A stretch of DNA of 64,000 nucleotides from Acidimicrobiia bacterium (GTDB lineage: Bacteria; Actinomycetota; Acidimicrobiia; Spongiisociales; Spongiisociaceae): positions 1 to 64,000 of the forward strand of contig JBFGLM010000003.1 in assembly GCA_041576165.1 (NCBI GenBank), in the 5' to 3' direction. The translations under genes and the position numbers were made by a program. Positions 50,029 through 60,505 of the stretch are shown in pieces. How positions within the stretch are numbered: position 1 is the first letter of the stretch; each line of letters begins with the position of its first letter. The notes under the pieces were generated by a model. The model worked only from the letters and a program-made list of their open reading frames with translations. It was not told the origin of the DNA and did not search any database.

Positions 50029-50676
50029 TCACGCTGGTGTGAGATCGACGATCAGCGCCTTGTGGTCCGATCCCCGAACCTTGACGACGTCGGCCCCCGT
50101 TGCTCGATAGCCATGGGCGAAGACGTGATCGATCCGTAACATGGCCGGCCAGCCCGGTCGCCATCCCCAGGTAGCCCGCGGTCTCCAGCCCTCGGCAGCG
50201 GCGAGATCCGCAACCGTATCATCGACGTGGCGCACGATGCGCCGGTACGCCAGCCAGGCGGGGGTCGAGTTGAAGTCACCGCCCACAATGCGGCGCCGAG
50301 GGTCAGAAATGAGGCCCTCGAGCACCCTGACCTGCGCGCGCCTCTCTGGCAGCCGTCCACGCCAGCCGTCAATCGGGTTGGCCAGGTGCACGGCGAGCAC
50401 CTCTAGATCGAGATCGCTCGAGTGGCCGCGCAGGATCGAACGGTAAGGAAAATCGAGCTCTTCGACTGCGATGGGGAAACTGGCCGCAATGGCCTTGCCC
50501 CGATAGTCCAGCGTCGGTTTCACCACGCCGTGAGAGAAGTGGCGCTCGATCACTTCGCCGGAGTTCGGAGCAAGCTCTTGGGCCAGCAGCAGGTCGGGCT
50601 CATACCGAGCGAGCGACCGCTCGAAGTCGCTGGGCGACGCGTCGCCGTTGAGAAGGTTGATGGTCATTACCCGCAT
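50029..50676 (-). CDS. Endonuclease/exonuclease/phosphatase family protein
   Basis: MTIN, LAQE, VHL, GGDFN, RIDHV, GSDH. Confidence 0.87.
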   Translation of the reverse strand: MRVMTINLLNGDASPSDFERSLARYEPDLLLAQELAPNSGEVIERHFSHGVVKPTLDYRGKAIAASFPIAVEELDFPYRSILRGHSSDLDLEVLAVHLANPIDGWRGRLPERRAQVRVLEGLISDPRRRIVGGDFNSTPAWLAYRRIVRHVDDTVADLAAAEGWRPRATWGWRPGWPAMLRIDHVFAHGYRATGADVVKVRGSDHKALIVDLTPA

Positions 50677-50817
50677 TCGTCTACCCCTGGCGGCGTCAAT
50701 CGCTCGTCACGCCGTGAAGCCGGAATTCTTTGCCTCGGCCCGGGTCTGGGCCGAGGTCAAATCCACACCCGTGGGGCCGGAGCCGCTGTGCCCGATATCC
50801 AAGCACACTCATAGTTC

Positions 50818-51243
50818 TTAGTCTGAGAAGAGGTCGCGTCGAACGTCGGGCAGTGCGCGGCTACGGAGCACGATGTCGCGACGATACGACTGGTGGATCC
50901 GTCGGATTTCCTCGTCGGCTTCTTGGGCGGTGAGCGCTACCTTGGCCCTGAGCCGTTTCACCTCGGCGCGGAGTCGATCGACCTCGTTCTGGAGCTCCAT
51001 GATCCGCTTGACACCCTCCAGATTGATACCCTGGTCGGTCAGATCTTGGATCAGCCCCAGGCGCTCGAGGTCGTCATCGGAATAGCGGCGAGTACCTCCC
51101 GGGGTGCGGTAAGGATCGATCAGCCCCCGTCGCTCGTAGATGCGGAGCGTCTGAGGGTGCATGCCGGCCAGCGAGGCGGCCACTGAGATGACGTATACCG
51201 CTTTCGTTTCTTGCTCTTGGGACTTCTTCGCCATTTCGATCAC
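50818..51243 (-). CDS. hspR: Heat-shock repressor HspR (MerR family)
   Basis: YVISVAA.LAGMHPQTLR.YERRGL, RTPGGTRRYS, GINLEGVKRI; last gene of the dnaK operon. Confidence 0.92.
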   Translation of the reverse strand: MIEMAKKSQEQETKAVYVISVAASLAGMHPQTLRIYERRGLIDPYRTPGGTRRYSDDDLERLGLIQDLTDQGINLEGVKRIMELQNEVDRLRAEVKRLRAKVALTAQEADEEIRRIHQSYRRDIVLRSRALPDVRRDLFSD

Positions 51244-52373
51244 ACCTTGAGATGAGCTCGCGGATCTTCAGTTTCGTATTGTTCTTTGAATTCTTCGAGC
51301 ATTCGCTTGGCCTCGCGCGACAGCCGGGACGGCACCGCTACCTCGACCGTGACCAGCAGGTTCCCCGGTCGCCCTTTCTCCTTCTGGACTCCTCGCTTGG
51401 GAATCCGGAACGTCTTGCCCGAGTTGGTGCCTGCCGGGATCTTCAACGTCACCGGCTCGTCGAGAGTCGGCACTGGAACCTTCGCCCCGAGCGTCGCCTC
51501 GGTGAACGTAATGGGCAGTCGCAGGGTCAGATCGTCACCCTTGCGCCCAAACAACGGGTGACGCCCGACCTTCACCTTCACGATCAGATCGCCCGCCGGT
51601 CCGCCGTCGCTGCCCGGGGCCCCCTTTCCCCGCAGCCGGATGTTGTCTCCGTCTTTCACACCCGCGGGAATCTTCACCTTGATGTTGCGGACGCGCCGTT
51701 CCCGACCGGTTCCACGGCAGCGGTCGCACGGATGCGGGATCAACCGGCCGTTGCCCCGACACTGGGGGCAGGGCTCCGAGAACGAAAAGACACCCTGATT
51801 GCTGGCAATGGTTCCGGCGCCGGCACAGGTCGGACAGACATCGACCGATGTACCCGGCTGAGCCCCTGACCCGCGGCACAGGCGGCAGCGAGCCTCGCCG
51901 TCGACGGCCACGGTCGTCGTTGCCCCCTTGACCGCGTCCTCGAAAGATATGTTGAGTGTTGAAGTGAGATCTGCACCCCGCCTCGGACCACGGCTACGCG
52001 TGCGCGCCGTCCGGCCAAATCCTCCGAAGAGGTCGCCGAGGCCCCCTTCTCCAAAGAGATCGGACAAGTCCTCGACCCGCACGCGCCGGCCATTGCCGAA
52101 TCCCCCGAACCCTCCCGGTCCTCCCGTGAAGTCTCCCGAGTCGACCATCTGCCGCACCTGGTCGTATTCCTTGCGCCTCTCCGGGTTGGAGAGGGTGGCG
52201 TAGGCCTCCGAGACCTCTTTGAAGCGCGCCTCGGCGGCTGGATCGTCCGGTTTGGTGTCCGGGTGATTCTCCTGGGCGAGCTTGCGATACGCCTTCTTTA
52301 TCTCGGCTTCGCTCGCCGTAGGCGATACCCCGAGTGTCTTGTAGAAGTTCTTCTCGACCCATTCGCGGTTCAT
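51240..52373 (-). CDS. dnaJ: Chaperone DnaJ (class A)
   Basis: J domain HPD, G/F region, four CxxCxGxG repeats, C-terminal domain. Confidence 0.96.
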   Translation of the reverse strand: MNREWVEKNFYKTLGVSPTASEAEIKKAYRKLAQENHPDTKPDDPAAEARFKEVSEAYATLSNPERRKEYDQVRQMVDSGDFTGGPGGFGGFGNGRRVRVEDLSDLFGEGGLGDLFGGFGRTARTRSRGPRRGADLTSTLNISFEDAVKGATTTVAVDGEARCRLCRGSGAQPGTSVDVCPTCAGAGTIASNQGVFSFSEPCPQCRGNGRLIPHPCDRCRGTGRERRVRNIKVKIPAGVKDGDNIRLRGKGAPGSDGGPAGDLIVKVKVGRHPLFGRKGDDLTLRLPITFTEATLGAKVPVPTLDEPVTLKIPAGTNSGKTFRIPKRGVQKEKGRPGNLLVTVEVAVPSRLSREAKRMLEEFKEQYETEDPRAHLKV

Positions 52374-53404
52374 AGCGGGTCCCCCTCATCGATCGGGGAT
52401 TCGAGTGACGGTCCGACCTGGCTGTACGCCACCGTTACCAAGGCCGGGCGAATCACCTGGCCCCGGATTCGGTAGCCGCGACGTACCTCGCCGGTCACGA
52501 CCAGCGAACCATGGCCCCCCGGGGCGACCCGGACGGCTTCGTGGACGGCCGGGTCATAGGGGTGCCCGACCGTCGGGATGATCTCCATCTGGCCCTCGAG
52601 TGCTTCAACCAGGCCAGCGAACGAGCCGCGGGTGGCGTCGGGCCGCATCGTGTCGTTGGAATGCGGCTCCAGGATGACGAACAAGTCGCCAGCCCGGCCG
52701 TCCGGCGTGATGATCCCGCGTCCTTCGATCTTGAATCTGGAGCCGATCGTCGTTCCAGGCGGGATGGTGATCGTCACTGGACCGGTGAGAGTGGGAACGA
52801 GTACGTCGGCTCCCATGGCTGCGTCGGACAGCGCAACCGGGACGCGGGTCGTGAGGTGATGGCCGTCCCGCTCGAACGTTTCGTGCCGGGGCACGTGGAT
52901 GATGACGATGAGGTCGCCGGGCGCGCCCCGATCTTCCGGCCGGCGTCCCTGTCCCTCGATCCTGACGATGTCGCCGTCGTCGACGCCGGCAGGCAGTTTC
53001 ACGGTGATGCGGCTGCCGTCGTCGAGCGTGACAACCACGCTTGCCCCCCGGGCGGCCTGTTCGAGCGGGAGAGTGGCACTGGTGATGATGTGCCGGCCGA
53101 GCACAGCTCCGGCAACCGACGCGCTGAATCGCTCCTCGTCCTCGACCCCGTCAGCGCCGGCTTTCGGGGCCGTCTTGTCGATCTGCATCCGGTCGTACAG
53201 ATCGCGCTGGATCGGATCCGACAAGACCCCGTACGCGACGGCGATCGCTTTGAAGCGTTCCTCCGCCAAAGGGTCGTCGGGGTTGGCGTCGGGATGATGC
53301 TGCTGAGCCAGGCGGCGATAGGCGTGTTTGATCTCGGCGGCGTCGACGTCAGGCGCCACCTCCAAGATCCCGTAGAAGTCGTGAGCGGCCCATCCCCGGC
53401 TCAT
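52370..53404 (-). CDS. J-domain/DnaJ-C protein fused to a GrpE C-terminal beta-domain
   Basis: HPD at aa 37-39; DnaJ-C at about aa 103-246, no zinc finger; aa about 273-327 GHPYDPAVHEAV...VVTGEVRRGY...VIRPALVTV. Confidence 0.88.
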   Translation of the reverse strand: MSRGWAAHDFYGILEVAPDVDAAEIKHAYRRLAQQHHPDANPDDPLAEERFKAIAVAYGVLSDPIQRDLYDRMQIDKTAPKAGADGVEDEERFSASVAGAVLGRHIITSATLPLEQAARGASVVVTLDDGSRITVKLPAGVDDGDIVRIEGQGRRPEDRGAPGDLIVIIHVPRHETFERDGHHLTTRVPVALSDAAMGADVLVPTLTGPVTITIPPGTTIGSRFKIEGRGIITPDGRAGDLFVILEPHSNDTMRPDATRGSFAGLVEALEGQMEIIPTVGHPYDPAVHEAVRVAPGGHGSLVVTGEVRRGYRIRGQVIRPALVTVAYSQVGPSLESPIDEGDPL

Positions 53405-53997
53405 TCTGGCTGATCCGCCTCCTCGTATCCCACTGACACCAGCGCTGCGCGCAGAACCCGGTCCTGGAACTGGTATCCCCGGCGCAGTTCGGCTGTTACC
53501 ACCATGGTGCCTGATCCTTCATCGATTTGTATGGCCTCATGCATAGCCGGATCAAACGGCAGCCCGATGGACTCGATGGGCGTCAGGCCCTCTTGGGCCA
53601 GAACCCCGAGCAACTGGTCTCGGGTGCCGCGCATGCCCTCGAGTAGCTTCTCTGAGGCCTCACCGTCCGGTTCTACCGCCATTGCTGCGTCCAGGCTGTC
53701 CAATACAGGCAGCAGGCTCATAACCACTCGTTCCGAGGCGCGAGCGACGAGCTCGGCCTGGTCGCGCTGGGATCGCTTGCGGAAGTTGTCGAACTCGGCG
53801 GCCATGCGCCGGTAATCGTCGAGATATCGCGTGGCATCAGCACGCGCGGCCGCCAGTGCCTCCTGCAGCACAGCGATCGCCTCCTGCGGATCGTCGGGCA
53901 GGACGATCGGCTCGGTGAATTCGGCGTTGCCCGTGATCACCTCAGTCGAGGCGACCACGTCTTCCGACAGATGTTCGTTCGGTGCGTCGTTAGCCAT
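53401..53997 (-). CDS. grpE: Nucleotide exchange factor GrpE
   Basis: AEFDNFRKR, LLPVLDSL, FDPAMHEA, RRGY, VLRAALV. Start may be 54027. Confidence 0.95.
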   Translation of the reverse strand: MANDAPNEHLSEDVVASTEVITGNAEFTEPIVLPDDPQEAIAVLQEALAAARADATRYLDDYRRMAAEFDNFRKRSQRDQAELVARASERVVMSLLPVLDSLDAAMAVEPDGEASEKLLEGMRGTRDQLLGVLAQEGLTPIESIGLPFDPAMHEAIQIDEGSGTMVVTAELRRGYQFQDRVLRAALVSVGYEEADQPE

Positions 53998-54023
53998 GCT
54001 GGATCCGCCTTGATGACGACGCA

Positions 54024-55859
<1,836 letters not shown>

Positions 55860-55982
55860 GTGGTCTGCTCCTTGTTCCCGTTCGTTGGTTCCCCATCTGC
55901 CGGGGCCGGCAGGTGCAGGCGCGCACCATGCTCATAGCCACCCTCTGCGGCCCCTCTCCGGCGCAGGTTACACAACTTTCAT

Positions 55983-56018
55983 TGACTTAATAGCTATAAC
56001 CTGAGTCAACCCATATCA
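55983..56018 (-). promoter_or_regulatory. Tandem HAIR-like HspR operators upstream of dnaK
   Basis: TGACT-N7-TATAA (55983-55999) and TGAGT-N7-TATCA (56002-56018). Confidence 0.65.
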
Positions 56019-56289
56019 TATTTCCACAATCTCAGGATAATTCAAGAGGGTTTGTCGATCGACGCCAAAACGGCTGCACCGCCGGCGTCTCGGCCCCGGC
56101 AACAGCTACGGCCACGGCTGCCACGGCCGGTGCAGAACCGGAGCAAGCCGAGCCAACGGGCGTGTGCGAGGGGATAGCGGATGCGCCGTCCCCCCTCGTG
56201 GTGGACGGCAGCGACCCGTGCGGTGCGATCCAGCGAGTGACAGGCCAGGGCCTCAGATGGTGCTCGGCGGCGGCATGCCGCCGGCGCTA

Positions 56290-57438
56290 TCACCCGTAGC
56301 TGCGCTTGGCCACCTCTTCCAGCATCACTTCGGTGGCGCCGCCGCCGATGGAGAGGATGCGCGCGTCGCGGGACATCCGCTCCACCGCAGTCTCCGTCAT
56401 GTAGCCCATGCCGCCGTGGAACTGAACGCATTCATACATGATCTGATTGATCGCTTCAGCCCCCCAGGCCTTGACACCGGAGATCTCTTTGGTGGCATCA
56501 ACACCCTGCTCCATCAGCCAGGCCGCGTGGTACAGCGCCGCCCGGACTGCGTCGAGCTTGGCCTGAGCCATGGCGAGGCGCTGCCGGATCGCACCCAGGT
56601 CGAAGAGGGTTGCTCCAAATGCTCGACGATTCCGTGCGTGTTCGAGGGTGAGGTTGATGGCGACCTGCGCGGCCCCCACTCCCATTCCCACGAGGACCAT
56701 CCGCTCGTTCTGGAAGTTCCGCATGATCTCGGTGAAACCCTGATGCTCCATGCCGAGCAGATTCTCGTTCGGAACCCACACGCCGTCGAGGGCTAACTCG
56801 GCGGTGTCGGAGCTCCGCCACCCGGTCTTCTCGAGTTTCTTCGAGACTGTGAACCCCTCCCGGTCCTTCTCGACTATGAACATCGACAGGCCGTAGCGGT
56901 CTTCCGTGTTGGTCCGGGCGGCGACGATGACGAGGTCGCCGTACACCGCATTGGTGATGAACAGCTTGTTGCCGGTGATCCGCCATCCGTCGCCGTCTCG
57001 AACTGCCCGGGTACGCATCCCGGCTACATCCGAGCCGGCGTCGGGCTCGGTCACGCCGATAGCCGTGATGGTATCGCCGCTGAGGATGCCCGGCAGCAGT
57101 CGCTGCAGCTGGTCCTTGGTGCCCGAGTGGATGAGATGCGGCGTCGCCATGTCGGTATGTACGAGGACGGTCACGTCGAAACCGCCGAAAGTGGACGACC
57201 CGAGGGCCTCAGAGAAGGTCGCCGAAGCCAGCGGACCGAGACCCAGGCCCCCGTGTTCTTCCGGCACCCGTGGGCCGAACATCCCCAGCGCACCCATCTT
57301 CTGCAAGACGTCGCGGGGGACAAATCCTGCTTCCTCCCACTGGTGAGCGTGGGGCGTCACTTCCTTGGCGACGAACTCGACGGTTTGGTCGTAGATCGCC
57401 TGCAGTTCGTCGGTCATATAGATGTTGCGAAGAGTCAT
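56290..57438 (-). CDS. Acyl-CoA dehydrogenase
   Basis: VTEPDAGSDV, GNKLFITN, QFHGGMGY, IGGGATEVM. ATG 57438 overlaps the tetR stop. Confidence 0.92.
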   Translation of the reverse strand: MTLRNIYMTDELQAIYDQTVEFVAKEVTPHAHQWEEAGFVPRDVLQKMGALGMFGPRVPEEHGGLGLGPLASATFSEALGSSTFGGFDVTVLVHTDMATPHLIHSGTKDQLQRLLPGILSGDTITAIGVTEPDAGSDVAGMRTRAVRDGDGWRITGNKLFITNAVYGDLVIVAARTNTEDRYGLSMFIVEKDREGFTVSKKLEKTGWRSSDTAELALDGVWVPNENLLGMEHQGFTEIMRNFQNERMVLVGMGVGAAQVAINLTLEHARNRRAFGATLFDLGAIRQRLAMAQAKLDAVRAALYHAAWLMEQGVDATKEISGVKAWGAEAINQIMYECVQFHGGMGYMTETAVERMSRDARILSIGGGATEVMLEEVAKRSYG

Positions 57439-58043
57439 CGAGCGTCCTCCTGGTCTGAAGTCCGAATGCCGTGCCACGTGGTCTGTGCGAAGTGATCGAT
57501 GAGAGCCTCGAGCGGGCGTTGCCTCCCCGGCACAAACCACTCGAGCGAGCTGTTCATCGATCCCAGCAAGGTGAGGCGCGTCAAGTGCAGGTCGACCCCC
57601 GGGCGGATGGAGCCGGTTGCGCCGAGCGATCGAAATAGGTCGGCCCATCGACCCTCGTATTCGTCCCGGATCGGGACAATCGTGTCACGGACCGCAGCCG
57701 GGGCCCGGCTGAACACCGTCACGTGGGCGGCGGTGAACGGGCCGTATGCGAACAACGCCCGCAGGTGCGCGGCGATGGCGGCACGCAGACGAACCTCCGG
57801 CGGCGCTTCGCTGGTCTCGGCTACCGCGTCCTCGTGCGCTGCGGTGATCCGTTCCATTCCCAGACGGAGGATGTCGGCCAGCAAGACGTCCTTCGAGTTG
57901 AAGTGGTAGTAGATGGAGGCTGCCTTCAATCCCGCCCGATCTGCAATCGTCCGCAGGCTGGTTTCGGTATAACCGAGCTCGATGAACAGGTCGGCTCCGA
58001 TCTGCAACAGGCGGTCGCGGGTGTCGACCTGAGTGTCGGTCAT
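57435..58043 (-). CDS. TetR/AcrR family regulator
   Basis: SLRTIADRAGLKAASIYYHFNSKD. TAAACT-7 nt-ATG (leaderless). Confidence 0.9.
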   Translation of the reverse strand: MTDTQVDTRDRLLQIGADLFIELGYTETSLRTIADRAGLKAASIYYHFNSKDVLLADILRLGMERITAAHEDAVAETSEAPPEVRLRAAIAAHLRALFAYGPFTAAHVTVFSRAPAAVRDTIVPIRDEYEGRWADLFRSLGATGSIRPGVDLHLTRLTLLGSMNSSLEWFVPGRQRPLEALIDHFAQTTWHGIRTSDQEDAR

Positions 58044-58054
58044 GCTCCGCAGTT

Positions 58055-58074
58055 TACCTAACTAACGTTAGGTA
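58055..58074. promoter_or_regulatory. Palindromic operator overlapping the tetR -10 box
   Basis: TACCTAAC-taac-GTTAGGTA, perfect 8-bp arms. Confidence 0.7.
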
Positions 58075-58535
58075 GAACACTCCCGCCCGACCATGTCCGG
58101 AGCGCGATCGCGTCTGCACTACCTGAAAAGGCGCGACGCCCCTCGCATCAGATCGGCCAGGAGCCCGCACCCGTATGTCTTCCTGATGGTTCGGTCGTCG
58201 TTCCATCGAGCGATGAGCGCCAGCATGCCAACCTGAGCGCGGTGGGGCAGGCGTGATACCGGCGATATGTCCAGTGGGACCAACGCCGCGCCCGGTGCCG
58301 TCAGCAGCGACGCTCGCGAGATCACAGATGTGCAGTGCCCACTGGGCGGTACCGACCGAGTGCCGAGTCGCCGGTTGGCAGGATGGTCGCAGTAGCTGAG
58401 GTGGCGTGGCGGGGTTCGGGGATAGCGCAGAGATCCCTCGATCTAGGCCGTACCCTCTGGGCGGGTTTGGGCGTTTACCCCTTTGTGAAAGACTCCGAGG
58501 TCGCATGGCGGCTCCGCTACCCGGGGAGGATCAAG

Positions 58536-58796
58536 ATGGCGATGACGGCTCAAGCCTGGCAGGACCGACGACTGGCGGTCAGCGGGCGTGATCAGGAGGG
58601 AGCCGTCCGGTGTGGCGGCGACGAGTACCCACACGATTTCGTGACCGAACAGGCCGGCGCCGCGCTGTCCCGCATCGTCTGCACGATGTGTGGCACCGTG
58701 CGCATCGAGCAACAAATGGACCGAAACCTGGTCATGTCCTGGTCGCGGACCGACTACGAGATCGCCGACCGTTTCTACCGGGAGCTGGTCAGCTGA
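58536..58796 (+). CDS. Small hypothetical protein, possible Zn ribbon (86 aa)
   Basis: GGAGG RBS; C...HDF...CTMC; followed by a terminator. Confidence 0.6.
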   Translation: MAMTAQAWQDRRLAVSGRDQEGAVRCGGDEYPHDFVTEQAGAALSRIVCTMCGTVRIEQQMDRNLVMSWSRTDYEIADRFYRELVS

Positions 58797-58819
58797 AGAG
58801 ATTCCCCGTTGCAGAATGC

Positions 58820-58847
58820 AAAAGGCGGCCCTCGCAGGGCCGCTTTT
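58820..58847. terminator. Bidirectional intrinsic terminator
   Basis: AAAAGGCGGCCC-tcgca-GGGCCGCTTTT between convergent genes. Confidence 0.7.
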
Positions 58848-58865
58848 CTGCGGACAACCGGTCGC

Positions 58866-59102
58866 TCACACCTTGATTCCACGCTTGCGCATGTCGGCCA
58901 GCACGGCATCGATCCCTTTGCTGTCGATCGTCTTCATGCCTTTGGTGGAGACACGCAGCGTCACATAGCGCTTCTCGGACTCGACCCAGTACCGCTTCTT
59001 CTGGACGTTCGGTGTCCAGCGTTTGCTCGAACGCTTGTGGGAGAACGAGACCTTCTTGCCGAATGAGGGTTTCTTACCCGTGACCTGACAGATGTTGGAC
59101 AT
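58866..59102 (-). CDS. rpmB: 50S ribosomal protein L28 (78-aa form)
   Basis: [39 protein letters not shown]...STKGMKTID; GGAG RBS, TACAAT upstream. Confidence 0.96.
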   Translation of the reverse strand: MSNICQVTGKKPSFGKKVSFSHKRSSKRWTPNVQKKRYWVESEKRYVTLRVSTKGMKTIDSKGIDAVLADMRKRGIKV

Positions 59103-59201
59103 GCGTGACTCCGCAGAGGTGTGGCTGGAATGGCCGGGATTGTACCCGACCTGCCTCGGTACGGCAATGTCACCGCACCCGGCGGCCGCTACCATCGCAG
59201 G

Positions 59202-59960
59202 GTGGAATACGCGCCGTTCTCGCCAGACGATACTGAGGTTTGCCTCGACGATCCCGGGGAGGAACGAGAGCGGCGGCGCCGCCAGCTGGCGATGGGTTAC
59301 CGTCTCTTTGGAGCGCTGCGCTACGGCGACCTCGGCGACGGACATATCTCGGTGCGTGATCCCGAACGGACGGAGTGCTTCTGGATGCTTCGATTCGGCG
59401 TGTCGTTCCATGCGGCGTCGGTAGCCGACACGGTACTGGTGGGTCCCGACGGCAATGTGATCGACGACCCGGGCATCGGGGCGGCCGTGGCGCCCATCAA
59501 CGTCACCGCCTACTACATCCATCATCCGATCCACGCTGCCCGTCCCGACGTCACAGCCGCCGCCCACGTCCACACACCTTGGGGCACGGCGTTCTCGACC
59601 CAGCGATGCCTCCTCCAGCCGATCAATCAGGAAGCGACTCAGTTCTTCGAGACCCACGCCCTGTTTGATGACGAAGAGGTCCAGGTGCTCTCGACCGAGG
59701 GCGGCAAACGGATCGCGGCCGCGCTGGGTGACCTGCGCTCGGTCATTCTGGCAAACCATGGGTTGCTGACGACAGGAGTCAGCGTGGCCGACGCAGTCGG
59801 CTGGCTGGTCACTATGGAGCGTGTGAGCGAAGTGCAGCTGAAGGCCCGTGACCCGGTTGCGTTGTCGGCCGAAGCGGCACGGATCGCTCGCGACGATCTG
59901 GTCCGGCCCAACCTGGGGTGGCAGACCTTCCAGTATTTGATCCGCCGCCACCTCGTCTGA
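59202..59960 (+). CDS. Class II aldolase/adducin family protein
   Basis: [37 protein letters not shown]-6 nt-GTG. Confidence 0.88.
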   Translation: MEYAPFSPDDTEVCLDDPGEERERRRRQLAMGYRLFGALRYGDLGDGHISVRDPERTECFWMLRFGVSFHAASVADTVLVGPDGNVIDDPGIGAAVAPINVTAYYIHHPIHAARPDVTAAAHVHTPWGTAFSTQRCLLQPINQEATQFFETHALFDDEEVQVLSTEGGKRIAAALGDLRSVILANHGLLTTGVSVADAVGWLVTMERVSEVQLKARDPVALSAEAARIARDDLVRPNLGWQTFQYLIRRHLV

Positions 59961-59983
59961 CCCCATCCGGCAGGTCCCGCCGC

Positions 59984-60337
59984 TCAGGCGTCCTTCCAGT
60001 CGCACCACGCCCGGATCGCGGCGGCGAGCGAATCGCCGTTGGCCTCGACGTCTGCCACGTCCTGAAAGCGCATGGTGCGCGCCAGTTTCCCATCTCCCTC
60101 CAGCCTGGGGTGGTTGCCCGGGATTTCAGCCCCTCGGTGGAAGAGCAGACTGACCAACTTCTTGGCAGGGTTGAAGGAAAAGATGTTGCCGCAGTAGGAG
60201 TACGTGGGCGTTTGCCATTTGATGGTCTCCTCGACACGTGGATCGGAGAGCGCAATATGCCGAACGGCTTGCATGGCCTCTTCCATCGGGTGGTTCTTGG
60301 CCGCGAACCAGTCATCGACCTCCGGATTACGTGACAT
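59984..60337 (-). CDS. DUF1801 (YdhG-like) protein
   Basis: [31 protein letters not shown]; GGAGG RBS. Confidence 0.8.
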   Translation of the reverse strand: MSRNPEVDDWFAAKNHPMEEAMQAVRHIALSDPRVEETIKWQTPTYSYCGNIFSFNPAKKLVSLLFHRGAEIPGNHPRLEGDGKLARTMRFQDVADVEANGDSLAAAIRAWCDWKDA

Positions 60338-60505
60338 GGCCCTCCGTTCTGTCCACGCCGGCAGCTTCGTCGAGCGGGCCGCGGGGTGCATACGTCGCTA
60401 GCCGGTTCCCCACGCAACCCACCTCAAATCCTCACGTCATCGGCGACACGTCGATTCTCGACTTTATAGGATCGGCTCCGAAGACCCGGGAGAGGAGCCC
60501 CGACC

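Noticed and set aside
56042-56289. Intergenic stretch with short inverted repeats and a 129-aa ORF
   Set aside because: Only short GC-rich stems and a low-complexity ORF; no recognisable family.
58119-58325. 68-aa minus-strand ORF
   Set aside because: No clear RBS, motif or composition support.
58390-58490. c-di-AMP riboswitch-like words on the minus strand (GGGGTAAAC, CCCGAACCC, TCAGCTA)
   Set aside because: The 5' half is missing and the spacing is wrong.
59103-60008. 300-aa N-terminal extension of L28 in the ORF track
   Set aside because: Antisense to the aldolase gene; L28 has its own RBS and -10 box at ATG 59102.
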